A stretch of DNA of 64,000 nt from a virus: IMG/VR virus record IMGVR_UViG_3300045988_098233, positions 1-64,000 of that record, one strand, 5' to 3'. The number at the start of each line of letters is the position of its first letter. The first letter of the stretch is position 1. This document shows positions 29,101-37,520 of the stretch, piece by piece. Below the pieces are notes generated by a model. That model searched no databases. It saw nothing but the letters and a program-made list of their open reading frames with translations, and had not been told where the DNA came from. The translations under genes and the position numbers were made by a program.

Positions 29101-30164
29101 CTATCATGGACAGCACCGCACTTGGGGCAAGTCCATTCCCGGACGGACAGGTCTTTTGTTCCGGGCCACTGTGCGCCGCAAGCGGAGCAAAGCTGACTGG
29201 ACGGAAAGAAACGATCGACCGTGACCACCTGTTTTCCGTACAACGCCGCCTTGTACTCCAACTGCCGCCGGAACTCGCTCCAACTTGCATCAGAGATTGC
29301 CTTTGCCAGTTTGTGGTTCTTGACCATGTTCTTGGGAACTAAGTCCTCAATCGCAATCAAGTCATAAGTTCGCACAAGGATGGTGGACAGTTTATGGAGC
29401 ATATCCTGCCGCTGATTGGCAACGTGTTCGTGGAGCCGTGCTACTTGTATCCTCGCCTTTTCCCGGCGGTTACTGCCCTTTGATTTTCGGGACAACTGCC
29501 GCTGGAGTTTGGCAAGTTTCTTCTGGCTCCGGGTCAGGTATTTATGGTTCGGATACTCTACGCCATCGGAGGTGATAGCAAATGCTTTCAGGCCCATGTC
29601 GATACCGGCCACCGCGCCGGTAGTGGGTAGCAGATTCATCTCCACATCGGCGCAGCATAAAGAAACAAAGTATTTCCCACTGGAAGTGCGGGACACGGTA
29701 GCAGTCAAGATACGACCCTCCACCTTCTTGGAGATACGGCATTTTACCCGCCCCAACTTGGGGAGTCGGACAGCCTTCTCCAAGACCTTTATGTTGGCAT
29801 TAACACATCTGCTTGTATAGCTTTGTTTATAGCTTTTCTTACTCTTGAAACGCGGATAGCCAAACCGGTTGTCTCCCTCTTTGATGCTACGGAAGAAGTT
29901 CTGGAAGGCTTTATCTAAATTCTGCACCGCAGATTGCAGGGCGGTGGAATCCACCTCTTTCAGCCATAGCAGAGTTTTTTTCAGCATTGGAAGGTCGTTT
30001 CTCTGCTGGTAGCGAGAAGGTGAGTGCCCTGTATCCTTGTATTGGCTCTGCCACTGGTCGAGAAAGTAGTTATACACAAACCGACAGCAGCCGAAGGTTT
30101 TATTTATTTGACTCTTTTGCTGTGCGTTCGGATAAATGCGAAATTTATAACTGTATCCATCCAC
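29046..30164 (-). CDS. tnpB: RNA-guided endonuclease TnpB (IS605 OrfB family transposase accessory protein)
   Basis: 372 aa. N-terminus is the typical [31 protein letters not shown]-terminal zinc finger CSACG..CPKCG, with RuvC-like motifs ([22 protein letters not shown]). Confidence 0.9.
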   Translation of the reverse strand: MDGYSYKFRIYPNAQQKSQINKTFGCCRFVYNYFLDQWQSQYKDTGHSPSRYQQRNDLPMLKKTLLWLKEVDSTALQSAVQNLDKAFQNFFRSIKEGDNRFGYPRFKSKKSYKQSYTSRCVNANIKVLEKAVRLPKLGRVKCRISKKVEGRILTATVSRTSSGKYFVSLCCADVEMNLLPTTGAVAGIDMGLKAFAITSDGVEYPNHKYLTRSQKKLAKLQRQLSRKSKGSNRREKARIQVARLHEHVANQRQDMLHKLSTILVRTYDLIAIEDLVPKNMVKNHKLAKAISDASWSEFRRQLEYKAALYGKQVVTVDRFFPSSQLCSACGAQWPGTKDLSVREWTCPKCGAVHDRDVNAAKNILNEGLRLLA

Positions 30165-30274
30165 CGTCCTCTCCCCCCTTCTGTGAGCGAGATACTATAA
30201 AGATGGTTAGTTTATTTGCTTGTGTATGCGTCTTATAGTCCCGTAGCAAAAGAACGTGTGTACGACGCTTTCCT

Positions 30275-30318
30275 AAAAAAAACAGAGAGTGAAAAGACTT
30301 TATTGCTTCTCACTCTCT
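30275..30318 (-). terminator. rho-independent terminator
   Basis: 9-bp stem AGAGAGUGA/UCACUCUCU followed by U8 on the minus strand, downstream of the HTH gene. Confidence 0.6.
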
Positions 30319-30375
30319 ATTATTTCACAAGGTTTTCCCGATTTGGTAAACTTTAGTAGCCACTTGAAAATTTTT

Positions 30376-30684
30376 TTATTCAGGCTCCAAGCCAAGGATG
30401 TAATCCACACTCACGCCGTAAAAATCTGCCAGCGTGATTAGGGCCGTGGCCTTCGGTTCCTTCATGCCGCTTTCGTAAAAGCCTACCATGCCGTGGCTCA
30501 TACCGCAGTATTCCGATACCCGGCGGCTGCTCATGCCTCTGGCCCGCCGCAATTCCCGCAGCCGTACCGCGTAGACCGGCAGTTCCTTGCCCTGCTTGCG
30601 GTCCTCAGTCCTCTCCATCGTTGCCTGAAGCAGCCGGTTGGTCTCGTTCTCCCACCGTTGCAAGTACCCAGATTGTTTAGCCAT
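30376..30684 (-). CDS. XRE-family helix-turn-helix protein (102 aa)
   Basis: ..VRLRELRRARGMSSRRVSEYCGMSHGMVGFYESGMKEPKATALITLADFYGVSVDYILG.. is a canonical HTH_XRE region. Confidence 0.75.
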   Translation of the reverse strand: MAKQSGYLQRWENETNRLLQATMERTEDRKQGKELPVYAVRLRELRRARGMSSRRVSEYCGMSHGMVGFYESGMKEPKATALITLADFYGVSVDYILGLEPE

Positions 30685-30685
30685 C

Positions 30686-30829
30686 TTACTTCCCCCTTAG
30701 CAAGTACAGTTTCAGCCACAGGGGGATGTCGGCGGTCAGAATGCTTTTGAAATAAAACACGATAAACGCAATGCCAGCGGCTATAACCATCGTCCAAAAG
30801 GCTATAATCAGCCAGTCTTTCCGTTTCAT
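30686..30829 (-). CDS. small membrane protein (47 aa, below the ORF-track cutoff)
   Basis: Reads MKRKDWLIIAFWTMVIAAGIAFIVFYFKSILTADIPLWLKLYLLRGK. Its stop lies 1 nt before the next ATG. Confidence 0.4.
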   Translation of the reverse strand: MKRKDWLIIAFWTMVIAAGIAFIVFYFKSILTADIPLWLKLYLLRGK

Positions 30830-30865
30830 TCAGTACCTCCGTCCTTTCTTTTGCCGTAGATGTAC

Positions 30866-31087
30866 TTATCCATGCTGCTTCGTCTCCTCCTGAGTCTGGT
30901 TGAGCAGCATGATTTCTTCCAAGGACAATTCGTTGCGAGCAACTGCCAGCACCTGCCTGTCCGTCAGGCCGTACTTGTCTCTAAGTGGCGCCAAAATCGC
31001 ACACATATTCTTCTTGGTGAAGGGGACCTGCCCAGACGTGAGCTTGCTGTAAGCTTTCTGAATTTCAACGGCTACTTCTAACTGCAT
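30866..31087 (-). CDS. hypothetical protein (73 aa)
   Basis: ORF in the early operon. Confidence 0.5.
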   Translation of the reverse strand: MQLEVAVEIQKAYSKLTSGQVPFTKKNMCAILAPLRDKYGLTDRQVLAVARNELSLEEIMLLNQTQEETKQHG

Positions 31088-31161
31088 AGTTTAATATCTC
31101 CTTTCAGTCGATGAGTTGATGCTGCAGCCCACGCAGCGCACTTTCGCAGGAAGCCGGGCGC

Positions 31162-31440
31162 TCAACGTTCAGTGTTGTCGCCTCCGTCCATCTTGGCCCC
31201 GCAATGGCAATACGGCTGTCGTCTACTCTCTACTCTACCGCAACGTGAGCATCGGTAGTATCGTTCCGGCATGATGTGGTCACCGTCCAAGAATGATATC
31301 CACCGCCCATGCACCACCGGCACGGCATCAACTGTCGGCATATTGTCAATGTCGCATTTTTCCACATAGTCATCATTTGTTTCCCCGTAATCATTGGGGT
31401 ATGATTTCCACCGGATTTTGTCTGCATCAATCAGCCTCAT
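31162..31440 (-). CDS. hypothetical zinc-ribbon protein (92 aa)
   Basis: Start at MRLIDADK with GGAGGTG upstream. C-terminal CSRCG..CHCG. Confidence 0.5.
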   Translation of the reverse strand: MRLIDADKIRWKSYPNDYGETNDDYVEKCDIDNMPTVDAVPVVHGRWISFLDGDHIMPERYYRCSRCGRVESRRQPYCHCGAKMDGGDNTER

Positions 31441-31663
31441 GGTCAGCACCTCCAAATTCCTCCTCGTACTGTTCCGGCGTGATAAGATCAATATCCTTTG
31501 CGGAATAGCCCAAGGTGTCGAGGCACAGCAGCTTCGCCAGTTTGTCTTTGTCAAGGGCCGCCGCAGCGTCCTCATAGGATACGCCAGGTTTTGCCTCAAA
31601 GCTGATTTGAGCGCCAAACGCCCCAGCCACGCTAAAGCAGATTTTGTATTCAGCCATGGTCAT
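31427..31663 (-). CDS. hypothetical protein (about 78 aa; start uncertain, 31663 or 31657)
   Basis: AAAGGAGG lies upstream. Confidence 0.45.
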   Translation of the reverse strand: MTMAEYKICFSVAGAFGAQISFEAKPGVSYEDAAAALDKDKLAKLLCLDTLGYSAKDIDLITPEQYEEEFGGADHEAD

Positions 31664-31892
31664 TTCCTCCTTTATTCCCATGCGCGCACTCATCAATCAA
31701 CTCGTTCAGCCGTTTAAGCCCTTCTATGGTAATTAGGCCCTGTGCGTACAGGTCATCCTGCAAGCGCTTAAAGGCGTCTGCCGTGTCTTTGGCGCATGGA
31801 AAGCCTTCAGCAAAGTGTTCCTTTGCGAAAACGTCCGCTTCCGGCATGGGAGCCACACATAAACGGCTGGTGTTGTTAATGTATTTGCCCAT
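31650..31892 (-). CDS. hypothetical protein (80 aa)
   Basis: Start at MGKYINN with AGGAGG 7 nt upstream. Confidence 0.45.
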   Translation of the reverse strand: MGKYINNTSRLCVAPMPEADVFAKEHFAEGFPCAKDTADAFKRLQDDLYAQGLITIEGLKRLNELIDECAHGNKGGNDHG

Positions 31893-32067
31893 TGTCAGTC
31901 CTCCTGTTCCATTCCTTAGCAGCATCTTCTTTCGTGTGACCTCGCCTTGCAACGGCCCCACAACTCTGACACTGCGCGAAATACCGATAGTACAAATACT
32001 CGTTATCATCCGCAAGTATCTCTACGCCCTTATATCCGCAGAACGGGCACGGCTTTAATTCAGTCAT
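31876..32067 (-). CDS. Lar-family restriction alleviation-like protein (63 aa)
   Basis: LKPCPFCG ... CQSCGA ... AAKEWNRR matches the Lar-family zinc-ribbon pattern. Confidence 0.6.
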   Translation of the reverse strand: MTELKPCPFCGYKGVEILADDNEYLYYRYFAQCQSCGAVARRGHTKEDAAKEWNRRTDNGQIH

Positions 32068-32518
32068 CCTTCATCGCCTCCACTGTCCTTTCAAATCTGA
32101 TCTTCATTTGTGCGGGGCACAGATCAACCTCCGGCCTGCGCTTTCCTGTCCACCGTAGCCCGCCAGCTTGCCCCACGCACTTCCACCCGGCAGCCCGCAG
32201 GCTGGCCCCGTTTTCCGTGTCCAGAATATAAGTCACAAGCCGTTTATAGCCCATAGCCCGTGCCGCCCTCCACGCCGCCGCATACAGCATAGAGCAGGCG
32301 TTGCGAGTTCCGTCTGTGCAAAGCCGGTTGACCTCCAACGTCCAACCATCGTCCAGATGACGGGCCACCGGGCGCCCCACAATGGCAACCCCTACGATTT
32401 TCTCGCCATCGGACAGCCCAATGGAAAACTTATGCCCCACCACAGGCCCGTGGTGCCGGTGGTACTGCTCAACGTAGGCATTGGCTTCTCGCAGTGTCAT
32501 GGGGCAGATTTCAAGCAT
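32060..32518 (-). CDS. GNAT-fold protein of the XF1762/Mom-like type (152 aa); possible DNA-modification enzyme
   Basis: The N-terminal pattern LREANAYVEQYHRHHGPVVGHKFSIG and GVAIVGRPVARHLDDGWTLEVNRLCT recalls phage XF1762/Mom-like acyltransferases. This assignment is from memory, not from a search. Confidence 0.45.
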   Translation of the reverse strand: MLEICPMTLREANAYVEQYHRHHGPVVGHKFSIGLSDGEKIVGVAIVGRPVARHLDDGWTLEVNRLCTDGTRNACSMLYAAAWRAARAMGYKRLVTYILDTENGASLRAAGWKCVGQAGGLRWTGKRRPEVDLCPAQMKIRFERTVEAMKDD

Positions 32519-32750
32519 TTTCTTGCCTCCTCCACCGGCATCCGTTACAGGCCCCCTCATGGGCCAGCGTGTAGTTTCCGCATTTCAGGCACAGTTCGTT
32601 CCGCAGTGCGTCAATTTCTTTCGCCCGCGCTTCGATCAAGTCAGCGGCTCCCGCCAGATCATCGCACAGGGTAATGAGCGTTTCCCACTCATTTGCCCGC
32701 GCCCATTCCGCGTGCTCACGCAGCGAATTTACGAGGTTTGTATCTCTCAT
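32511..32750 (-). CDS. hypothetical protein (79 aa), C-terminal CxxC..CxxC
   Basis: ORF in the operon. Confidence 0.5.
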   Translation of the reverse strand: MRDTNLVNSLREHAEWARANEWETLITLCDDLAGAADLIEARAKEIDALRNELCLKCGNYTLAHEGACNGCRWRRQENA

Positions 32751-32759
32751 AGTTCCTCC

Positions 32760-32942
32760 CTACATTTCTTCATTCAGCCAGCTTGCCCACGTCACCATGC
32801 GGGTATCATCGGCATTGGATAGCTTCTCTGGGTATTTCAGATCAAGTGAGCAGCCCTTTGCTTCCAGCGCGTCATCCACGGCTTTTTCGATCAGCTCACC
32901 CAATCTGGCTGCGTTTTTCGTGTAAAACTCAAAGTTTGTCAT
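32760..32942 (-). CDS. hypothetical protein (60 aa)
   Basis: Start at MTNFEFY. Its ATG overlaps the upstream stop (ATGA), with GGAGGG upstream. Confidence 0.45.
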   Translation of the reverse strand: MTNFEFYTKNAARLGELIEKAVDDALEAKGCSLDLKYPEKLSNADDTRMVTWASWLNEEM

Positions 32943-33811
32943 TCTTCGAACCCTCCAAGAACTTCTTGCCCCGGCAGAACGCCGTCCTCCATCCACCAGT
33001 GAAATACATCCACGCCGGAGCGCCAAGAGTATGCCTCCATGCCTCGTTCGATCCGTATTATCAACATTTTGTCAAACGAACGTATCCACGCTGCCTTGAT
33101 CTCTGGATAGCGGGCAAATTCCATGATTCTGGTTTTGGATGCCATGGGACAGCCAATGCAGCCCACCCGGCAGAATCCCTCGCAGTACAGCGGATTCATG
33201 GATATTTTTTCTACGCCGACGTAATCCCAAATATCTGCCGCTTGCCAGTCCACAATGGGGTTCACCACCCGCTTCCCCTTGAGCTGGCACGTTTCAAATA
33301 ATCGGCGATCCTCGTCGTTATCGTTTAATAGGATCAGTTTGTTTTGTGGCTTAGACGTTAATACCTCTAAGCCGCCACGGCGTTTCCTGGCCGTGGATTC
33401 AGCCCAGCGAACACCCGTAGCGATAAACCGATCCTTGCCTCCCCCCTCTTTAAGGACGGCGCAACAGTACCGCATCAGGCGTGTGGGCGGCATGAGCTTC
33501 TTTTGAATCAGTTTCCACATGGTCATACGGGAGCCGTCCGGCTGGACGTGCTTGTCCACGTCGCACTTGATGCCCTTGCATTCCAGCTGATAAAACGTAT
33601 CGTACACATGGCGCACCGTCTCTGGAGCGTCCGCCGTGGTCAGGCTGTGCAATACCTCAAATGGGATGCCGCTGGCCCTTGCCAGATGCAACAGCACATC
33701 GCTGTCCTTCCCGCCGGAGTAGGTGATCACTAACGGTTTTTCAAAAAGCCGCAGGCTCATATCCGATGCCGCTTTCAGCCGCTCGATGGCGGTCTGCTCC
33801 AAGTCGCTCAT
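32939..33811 (-). CDS. phosphoadenosine-phosphosulfate (PAPS) reductase family protein with C-terminal Cys cluster
   Basis: PP-loop ..ITYSGGKDSDVLLHLA.. and a C-terminal CEGFCRVGCIGCP cluster. This is IbrA/DndC-like phage DNA-modification-associated architecture. Confidence 0.75.
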   Translation of the reverse strand: MSDLEQTAIERLKAASDMSLRLFEKPLVITYSGGKDSDVLLHLARASGIPFEVLHSLTTADAPETVRHVYDTFYQLECKGIKCDVDKHVQPDGSRMTMWKLIQKKLMPPTRLMRYCCAVLKEGGGKDRFIATGVRWAESTARKRRGGLEVLTSKPQNKLILLNDNDEDRRLFETCQLKGKRVVNPIVDWQAADIWDYVGVEKISMNPLYCEGFCRVGCIGCPMASKTRIMEFARYPEIKAAWIRSFDKMLIIRIERGMEAYSWRSGVDVFHWWMEDGVLPGQEVLGGFEE

Positions 33812-34746
33812 AAACTCTCCAATCTCCAATCATCGTCCCGCACCTGAAACGCGTCGCCCAGTTGTACGGTGTCCGGGTAATTGTGCTGTGTGGTTTGGAT
33901 GGCGTACTTGTCGATCTCGGTCGCATAGTAGGCAGTAACATTCACGCCCAGCTTGTCCAGCGCGATATGGCCGCAGCTCATACCGTCGTACATAGAAAGC
34001 ACTTCCACCGACTCCTCCGTCAGTCCGGTAAAATGGCTCATAATGTGGGCGATCACATCCACTGTCCAGCCGTTGCCCAGCAGTGTAACTCCGATGTTCG
34101 ATGGAACGCACGATGTATACCCCGCCGGTACTGTCTGTAGTTTTTCGCACCCTTTTGCATTGAGGGAAAAGATGGTTTCTCCAATCTTGTAAAGTCCCGT
34201 CCTTGCACCTCCCACTCCGGCAAGACCTTTAAGCGTGACAGACTTGCCGAGGATGTCATAAACCCTGACGGCCTGCCCGCCGCTGTCCCCTGTTTTTCCG
34301 ATCTGCCACGTTGACGCGAATTTTGCGTGCAGGCCGGTTTTTAGCTTCTTAAACTCGCCTCCGTTATATGGCGCGAGATCATCAGCCGTCAGCACATCTA
34401 ATAGGCACACGCCTCTGTCCTCCGGCTGCTCCACCGGCACTTGGCTGTATGTGCCGTCCGGGTTACGCTTTCCCACCCAGTAGAGCCGCTGGCGGTTTTG
34501 TGCGCTCACCAGGGCGCTGTTAATCAGGACAGGTTCCACGCCTAACTCCGCCGTGATCTGCGCCCGGATAGCGGGCGACATGGACTTGTTGTTTTCGTAG
34601 AGAAAAAAATCCGGCTTGTACTTGTCGCGGGCGATACGGTAGTTTAGAAATAGCTCCCAGCCGATGCCGCTGGCCTCTGTCTCGCGGTTCTTCGTCTGTG
34701 CGATGCTCCAATGTGTGCAGGGACTTCCGCCGATCAATAGTTTCAT
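33808..34746 (-). CDS. DNA (cytosine-5)-methyltransferase with circularly permuted motif order
   Basis: The N-terminus starts at motif IV (LLIGGSPCTHWS). Next come motif VI (FLYENN), motif VIII (SAQNRQRLYW) and motif X (GNGWTVDVIAHI). The AdoMet motif I-III segment (VLSMYDGMSCG..YYATEIDKYA..QLGD) sits at the C-terminus. Confidence 0.8.
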   Translation of the reverse strand: MKLLIGGSPCTHWSIAQTKNRETEASGIGWELFLNYRIARDKYKPDFFLYENNKSMSPAIRAQITAELGVEPVLINSALVSAQNRQRLYWVGKRNPDGTYSQVPVEQPEDRGVCLLDVLTADDLAPYNGGEFKKLKTGLHAKFASTWQIGKTGDSGGQAVRVYDILGKSVTLKGLAGVGGARTGLYKIGETIFSLNAKGCEKLQTVPAGYTSCVPSNIGVTLLGNGWTVDVIAHIMSHFTGLTEESVEVLSMYDGMSCGHIALDKLGVNVTAYYATEIDKYAIQTTQHNYPDTVQLGDAFQVRDDDWRLESL

Positions 34747-35084
34747 ACGTCCTCCACCTCCGCAAGCCAGAACTCGCGGCGGCAGCCAGAGCAGTTGCCA
34801 CCACTATATGTACATCCTCCATGTGCGTTCCTATGCGATGTAGAAATTGGAGAGGGGCACACTTTTAGCACACCAAGATCATCAATACTCGCATCCGGCC
34901 ACTGCTTCAAGAACTCGCTCTGTCTGGTTTTGATGGGGTGCGCGACGGCCCACCGCTCGACAAACTTCACCGCCCCTACGTTATCTCCTGCTGCCCTATA
35001 ATCGGTGTAGCGCATTTTTTCTTCGGTAGATCCCCTTTTGCTGAGACGGTCAACCTTGTCCAAAAACTCCACAGCATCCATCAT
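34743..35084 (-). CDS. hypothetical protein (113 aa)
   Basis: Start at MMDAVEF, overlapping the upstream stop (ATGA). Confidence 0.5.
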   Translation of the reverse strand: MMDAVEFLDKVDRLSKRGSTEEKMRYTDYRAAGDNVGAVKFVERWAVAHPIKTRQSEFLKQWPDASIDDLGVLKVCPSPISTSHRNAHGGCTYSGGNCSGCRREFWLAEVEDV

Positions 35085-35245
35085 TCTGCCTCCCCTTCCT
35101 CGTCCAATTCGTTGAAATACTGGCTCCCGCAATAGGGACAGCCCACCTTCCGAAACCGCTCAAAAAAGCAGTCCGGTCTCGGCTCCGACCGGTCTAAGAT
35201 CATCGGCGCTTCAAACTCCGCACCGCAGGTTTCACAGTGATACAT
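35081..35245 (-). CDS. small zinc-ribbon protein (54 aa)
   Basis: MYHCETCGAEF...CPYCGSQYF, with AAGGA upstream. Confidence 0.45.
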   Translation of the reverse strand: MYHCETCGAEFEAPMILDRSEPRPDCFFERFRKVGCPYCGSQYFNELDEEGEAE

Positions 35246-35468
35246 GGTGTTTTCCTTTCTCCGGGCGGTAAACATCACCCCGGTTCCACGCTTTTGTGGC
35301 GCAGTTCAGGCCGTGATACGGTCTGGTCCGCGCCCCGCAGGAAGCGCACACCACGGCGAAGTCAAAGGGTGGCACCGCGTCCTCCATCCGCTCCCCACTG
35401 TACATTCCGCACAGGGCGCACGGTCCCAGTGCCCGGTGTTCCCCCGCTCTCCGATTTCCCCTGTTCAC
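35232..35468 (-). CDS. second Lar-like zinc-ribbon protein (about 78 aa; GTG start inferred)
   Basis: CALCG ... CASCGARTRPY ... ATKAWNRG. The GTG at 35468 overlaps the upstream TGA (GTGA). The start is uncertain. Confidence 0.45.
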   Translation of the reverse strand: MNRGNRRAGEHRALGPCALCGMYSGERMEDAVPPFDFAVVCASCGARTRPYHGLNCATKAWNRGDVYRPEKGKHHVSL

Positions 35469-35662
35469 AGCGTACCGCCTCCCAGTATGACCTTCGACAA
35501 AAGAACCGCCAGCAGCAGTAAAAAGCAAATTCCGCCGATCATGGCGGAGGTGTCCGCCCGCTCCCGCCGCCGCTGCTCTCTGGTCTTGCGGTTCTTCTCC
35601 GCCCGCCGCCGTTCCATCTCCCAGTAGGCTTCCTGTTCCCAGTAATCGTTGCTGTGCTTCAT
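35465..35662 (-). CDS. small membrane protein (65 aa)
   Basis: Basic N-terminal half and a C-terminal TM helix (MIGGICFLLLLAVLLSKVIL). The ATG overlaps the upstream stop. Confidence 0.5.
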   Translation of the reverse strand: MKHSNDYWEQEAYWEMERRRAEKNRKTREQRRRERADTSAMIGGICFLLLLAVLLSKVILGGGTL

Positions 35663-36042
35663 GTCCCGCTCCTTTCGTGTCTGGCCGTTCTTGGGGCCTC
35701 CCTCCGCAGCTTTCGTTTGCACCGACTTAGAAAATCCGCGTCCATATGCATCTCCCGACAAATGTCCGCCGGGTCTGTCCGTGCTTCCAGCAACTCCCGC
35801 AGCTTCTGCATTTCCGCTTCCCGTAGAAGGGGCGGCCGGCCGCCGCGGCTGGTAGTCCGACCTCCGCCCGCGCAGTTCACGCATTCCGCATAGGGGCAGT
35901 GGTTCAGGCAGTAGTCGATCTGGCTCTGCCGGTCATGGGTGCATATCTCGATCCGGTCTTTCCCGTCTGCGCTGTCCCATGGCAGCACAGCCCGCACGAT
36001 CATAGTTACGGTCTCCACCGGGCATATCTCCTTTCCGTTCAT
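35659..36042 (-). CDS. hypothetical Cys-rich protein (127 aa)
   Basis: Start at MNGKEICP, overlapping the upstream stop. Confidence 0.5.
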   Translation of the reverse strand: MNGKEICPVETVTMIVRAVLPWDSADGKDRIEICTHDRQSQIDYCLNHCPYAECVNCAGGGRTTSRGGRPPLLREAEMQKLRELLEARTDPADICREMHMDADFLSRCKRKLRREAPRTARHERSGT

Positions 36043-36560
36043 ACCTCCCGCACGGTGATGTGCTTCATGTCCTGCATCAGTTTCACCTTCATGCGGTAGG
36101 TCTTGTCTTTTTTCGTGGAAGGGCCTTTTACGTCCTCCACAACCAGATGCCATGTGCCGTCCTTCCCCCGCTCCTCGTAGGAGAAGTCCGCCCGATACGT
36201 CACGGCGCGGCTTCGGTCGCCGTTGGCCGTGATGTAGCTTTCCTTCAGCGTGAATTGGGGTTGGAGCCGCAGATCCCGGATGGCCCCGGCCTTGCTGAGC
36301 AGTACCAGCTCGTCATACCGTGCCGCCTCCTTGCGGCTGTCAAAGGTGTGCTCCGTTCCGTTGGGCAGGGTTCGGGCGGTGGGGTGGTTGTGGTGCTTGC
36401 GCTTGATCTCTGCCGCCGCTTCCGCCTTCCCCTTCTCCTCCGTCACGAACCGGGCCATCACCCTGGCCGTCCGGTCGATCTGCTGGGTCTGCATCTGTTG
36501 CTGTACCTGCTTCCGGTATCGCTCCGGCAGACTGTTCAGATCCTCCAAACAAACGCTCAT
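36039..36560 (-). CDS. DUF1064-like protein (phage endonuclease-fold)
   Basis: ..FDSRKEAARYDELVLLSKAGAIRDLRLQPQFTL...YRADFSYEE...VEDVKG.. matches the DUF1064 pattern. Confidence 0.6.
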   Translation of the reverse strand: MSVCLEDLNSLPERYRKQVQQQMQTQQIDRTARVMARFVTEEKGKAEAAAEIKRKHHNHPTARTLPNGTEHTFDSRKEAARYDELVLLSKAGAIRDLRLQPQFTLKESYITANGDRSRAVTYRADFSYEERGKDGTWHLVVEDVKGPSTKKDKTYRMKVKLMQDMKHITVREV

Positions 36561-36835
36561 CGCTTTTCCTCCTGATACTTCGGGCAGTCCAAAACCTGCA
36601 CCCGCTCCACCACTCCGTCCCGATCCATGCGGGATCTCCGCCGGACCTTCCAGCCGGGAACGTCCTCAAAGCGGACCTTTCCGCTTTTTTCGTCCACCCG
36701 GCTCCATTCACACTGCCCATAGGCCAGCTTGCAGGACCAACACTTGTGCAGACTGTTGGAGGGGTCCTCCTTCTCCGCCTTCGTGCTGTATCTCCGCATA
36801 CAGCTTGCCAGCGTAAAATTACCTGCCATCCCCAT
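36557..36835 (-). CDS. hypothetical Cys-containing protein (about 92 aa; start uncertain)
   Basis: ORF in the operon. Confidence 0.45.
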   Translation of the reverse strand: MGMAGNFTLASCMRRYSTKAEKEDPSNSLHKCWSCKLAYGQCEWSRVDEKSGKVRFEDVPGWKVRRRSRMDRDGVVERVQVLDCPKYQEEKR

Positions 36836-37520
36836 CGGCCTTTCCCCGGAGATAGGCCATCACCTCATCCCGGCTGCGCCGCTGGGGCCGTACTGCATCC
36901 TTGAACCATTCCGGCGGCTTCACCGCCTCGGCTTCCGGTTTTGCTTCCGCCGCCGGCAGGGGCTTCTTCTCAGGCGCCGCCAGCTTCTCCGGCTCCGGCC
37001 CGGTGGCGATGCGCTGTACCAGCGCCCGAACCTCCGCAGGCAGGGCGTTGATCTCCTTCTCCCGGGCGGAAATAGCCCGGTAGCTGCGCTGGAAGTTGCT
37101 GGACACCACGCTATGCACCGTCTCCGTGTCCATCCGCGCCCACTCCCGCAGGGTGTTGGGACTGCCCACGATCCGCCGCACGATAGGTGGGAACTTCTCA
37201 AATTCCTCCTCCGCACCGTACAAGCCGTTGCGGATGGCTCTTGCCACCAGACCCCACGCCTCTGCCTCCGTCATTTCCGGTTTTGCCGTCAGCAGGCGAA
37301 GTTTGGCCTTTACCTGCCCGATGGTGGGCGGGAAGCCCTTTTCGTCGCTTTCGATTACGCTTTTTACCGCCGCCGCCACCAGTGCCACCTCGTCATGGGC
37401 AAACATATCCGCCCACAGTTTGATGGCGTTGCGCATATCCGGCCCGGTGGTGCTGCTGTAAAACCGGGGATAGGCCGCCGTCAGAATATCCATGATGATG
37501 CCTGTCTCCTGTCTGGTCAT
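36819..37520 (-). CDS. replication-module protein (helicase-loader-like, 233 aa)
   Basis: Start at MTRQETGIIMDILTAAYPRFY, overlapping the replisome-organizer stop. Function inferred from position. Confidence 0.5.
   Translation of the reverse strand: MTRQETGIIMDILTAAYPRFYSSTTGPDMRNAIKLWADMFAHDEVALVAAAVKSVIESDEKGFPPTIGQVKAKLRLLTAKPEMTEAEAWGLVARAIRNGLYGAEEEFEKFPPIVRRIVGSPNTLREWARMDTETVHSVVSSNFQRSYRAISAREKEINALPAEVRALVQRIATGPEPEKLAAPEKKPLPAAEAKPEAEAVKPPEWFKDAVRPQRRSRDEVMAYLRGKADGDGR

Larger units (their letters stand above)
28915..30250 (-). mobile_element. IS200/IS605-family (IS1341-type) element carrying only tnpB; ends approximate
   Basis: The tnpB ORF is flanked by structured non-coding ends. 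It interrupts an otherwise tightly packed phage gene order. Confidence 0.6.
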
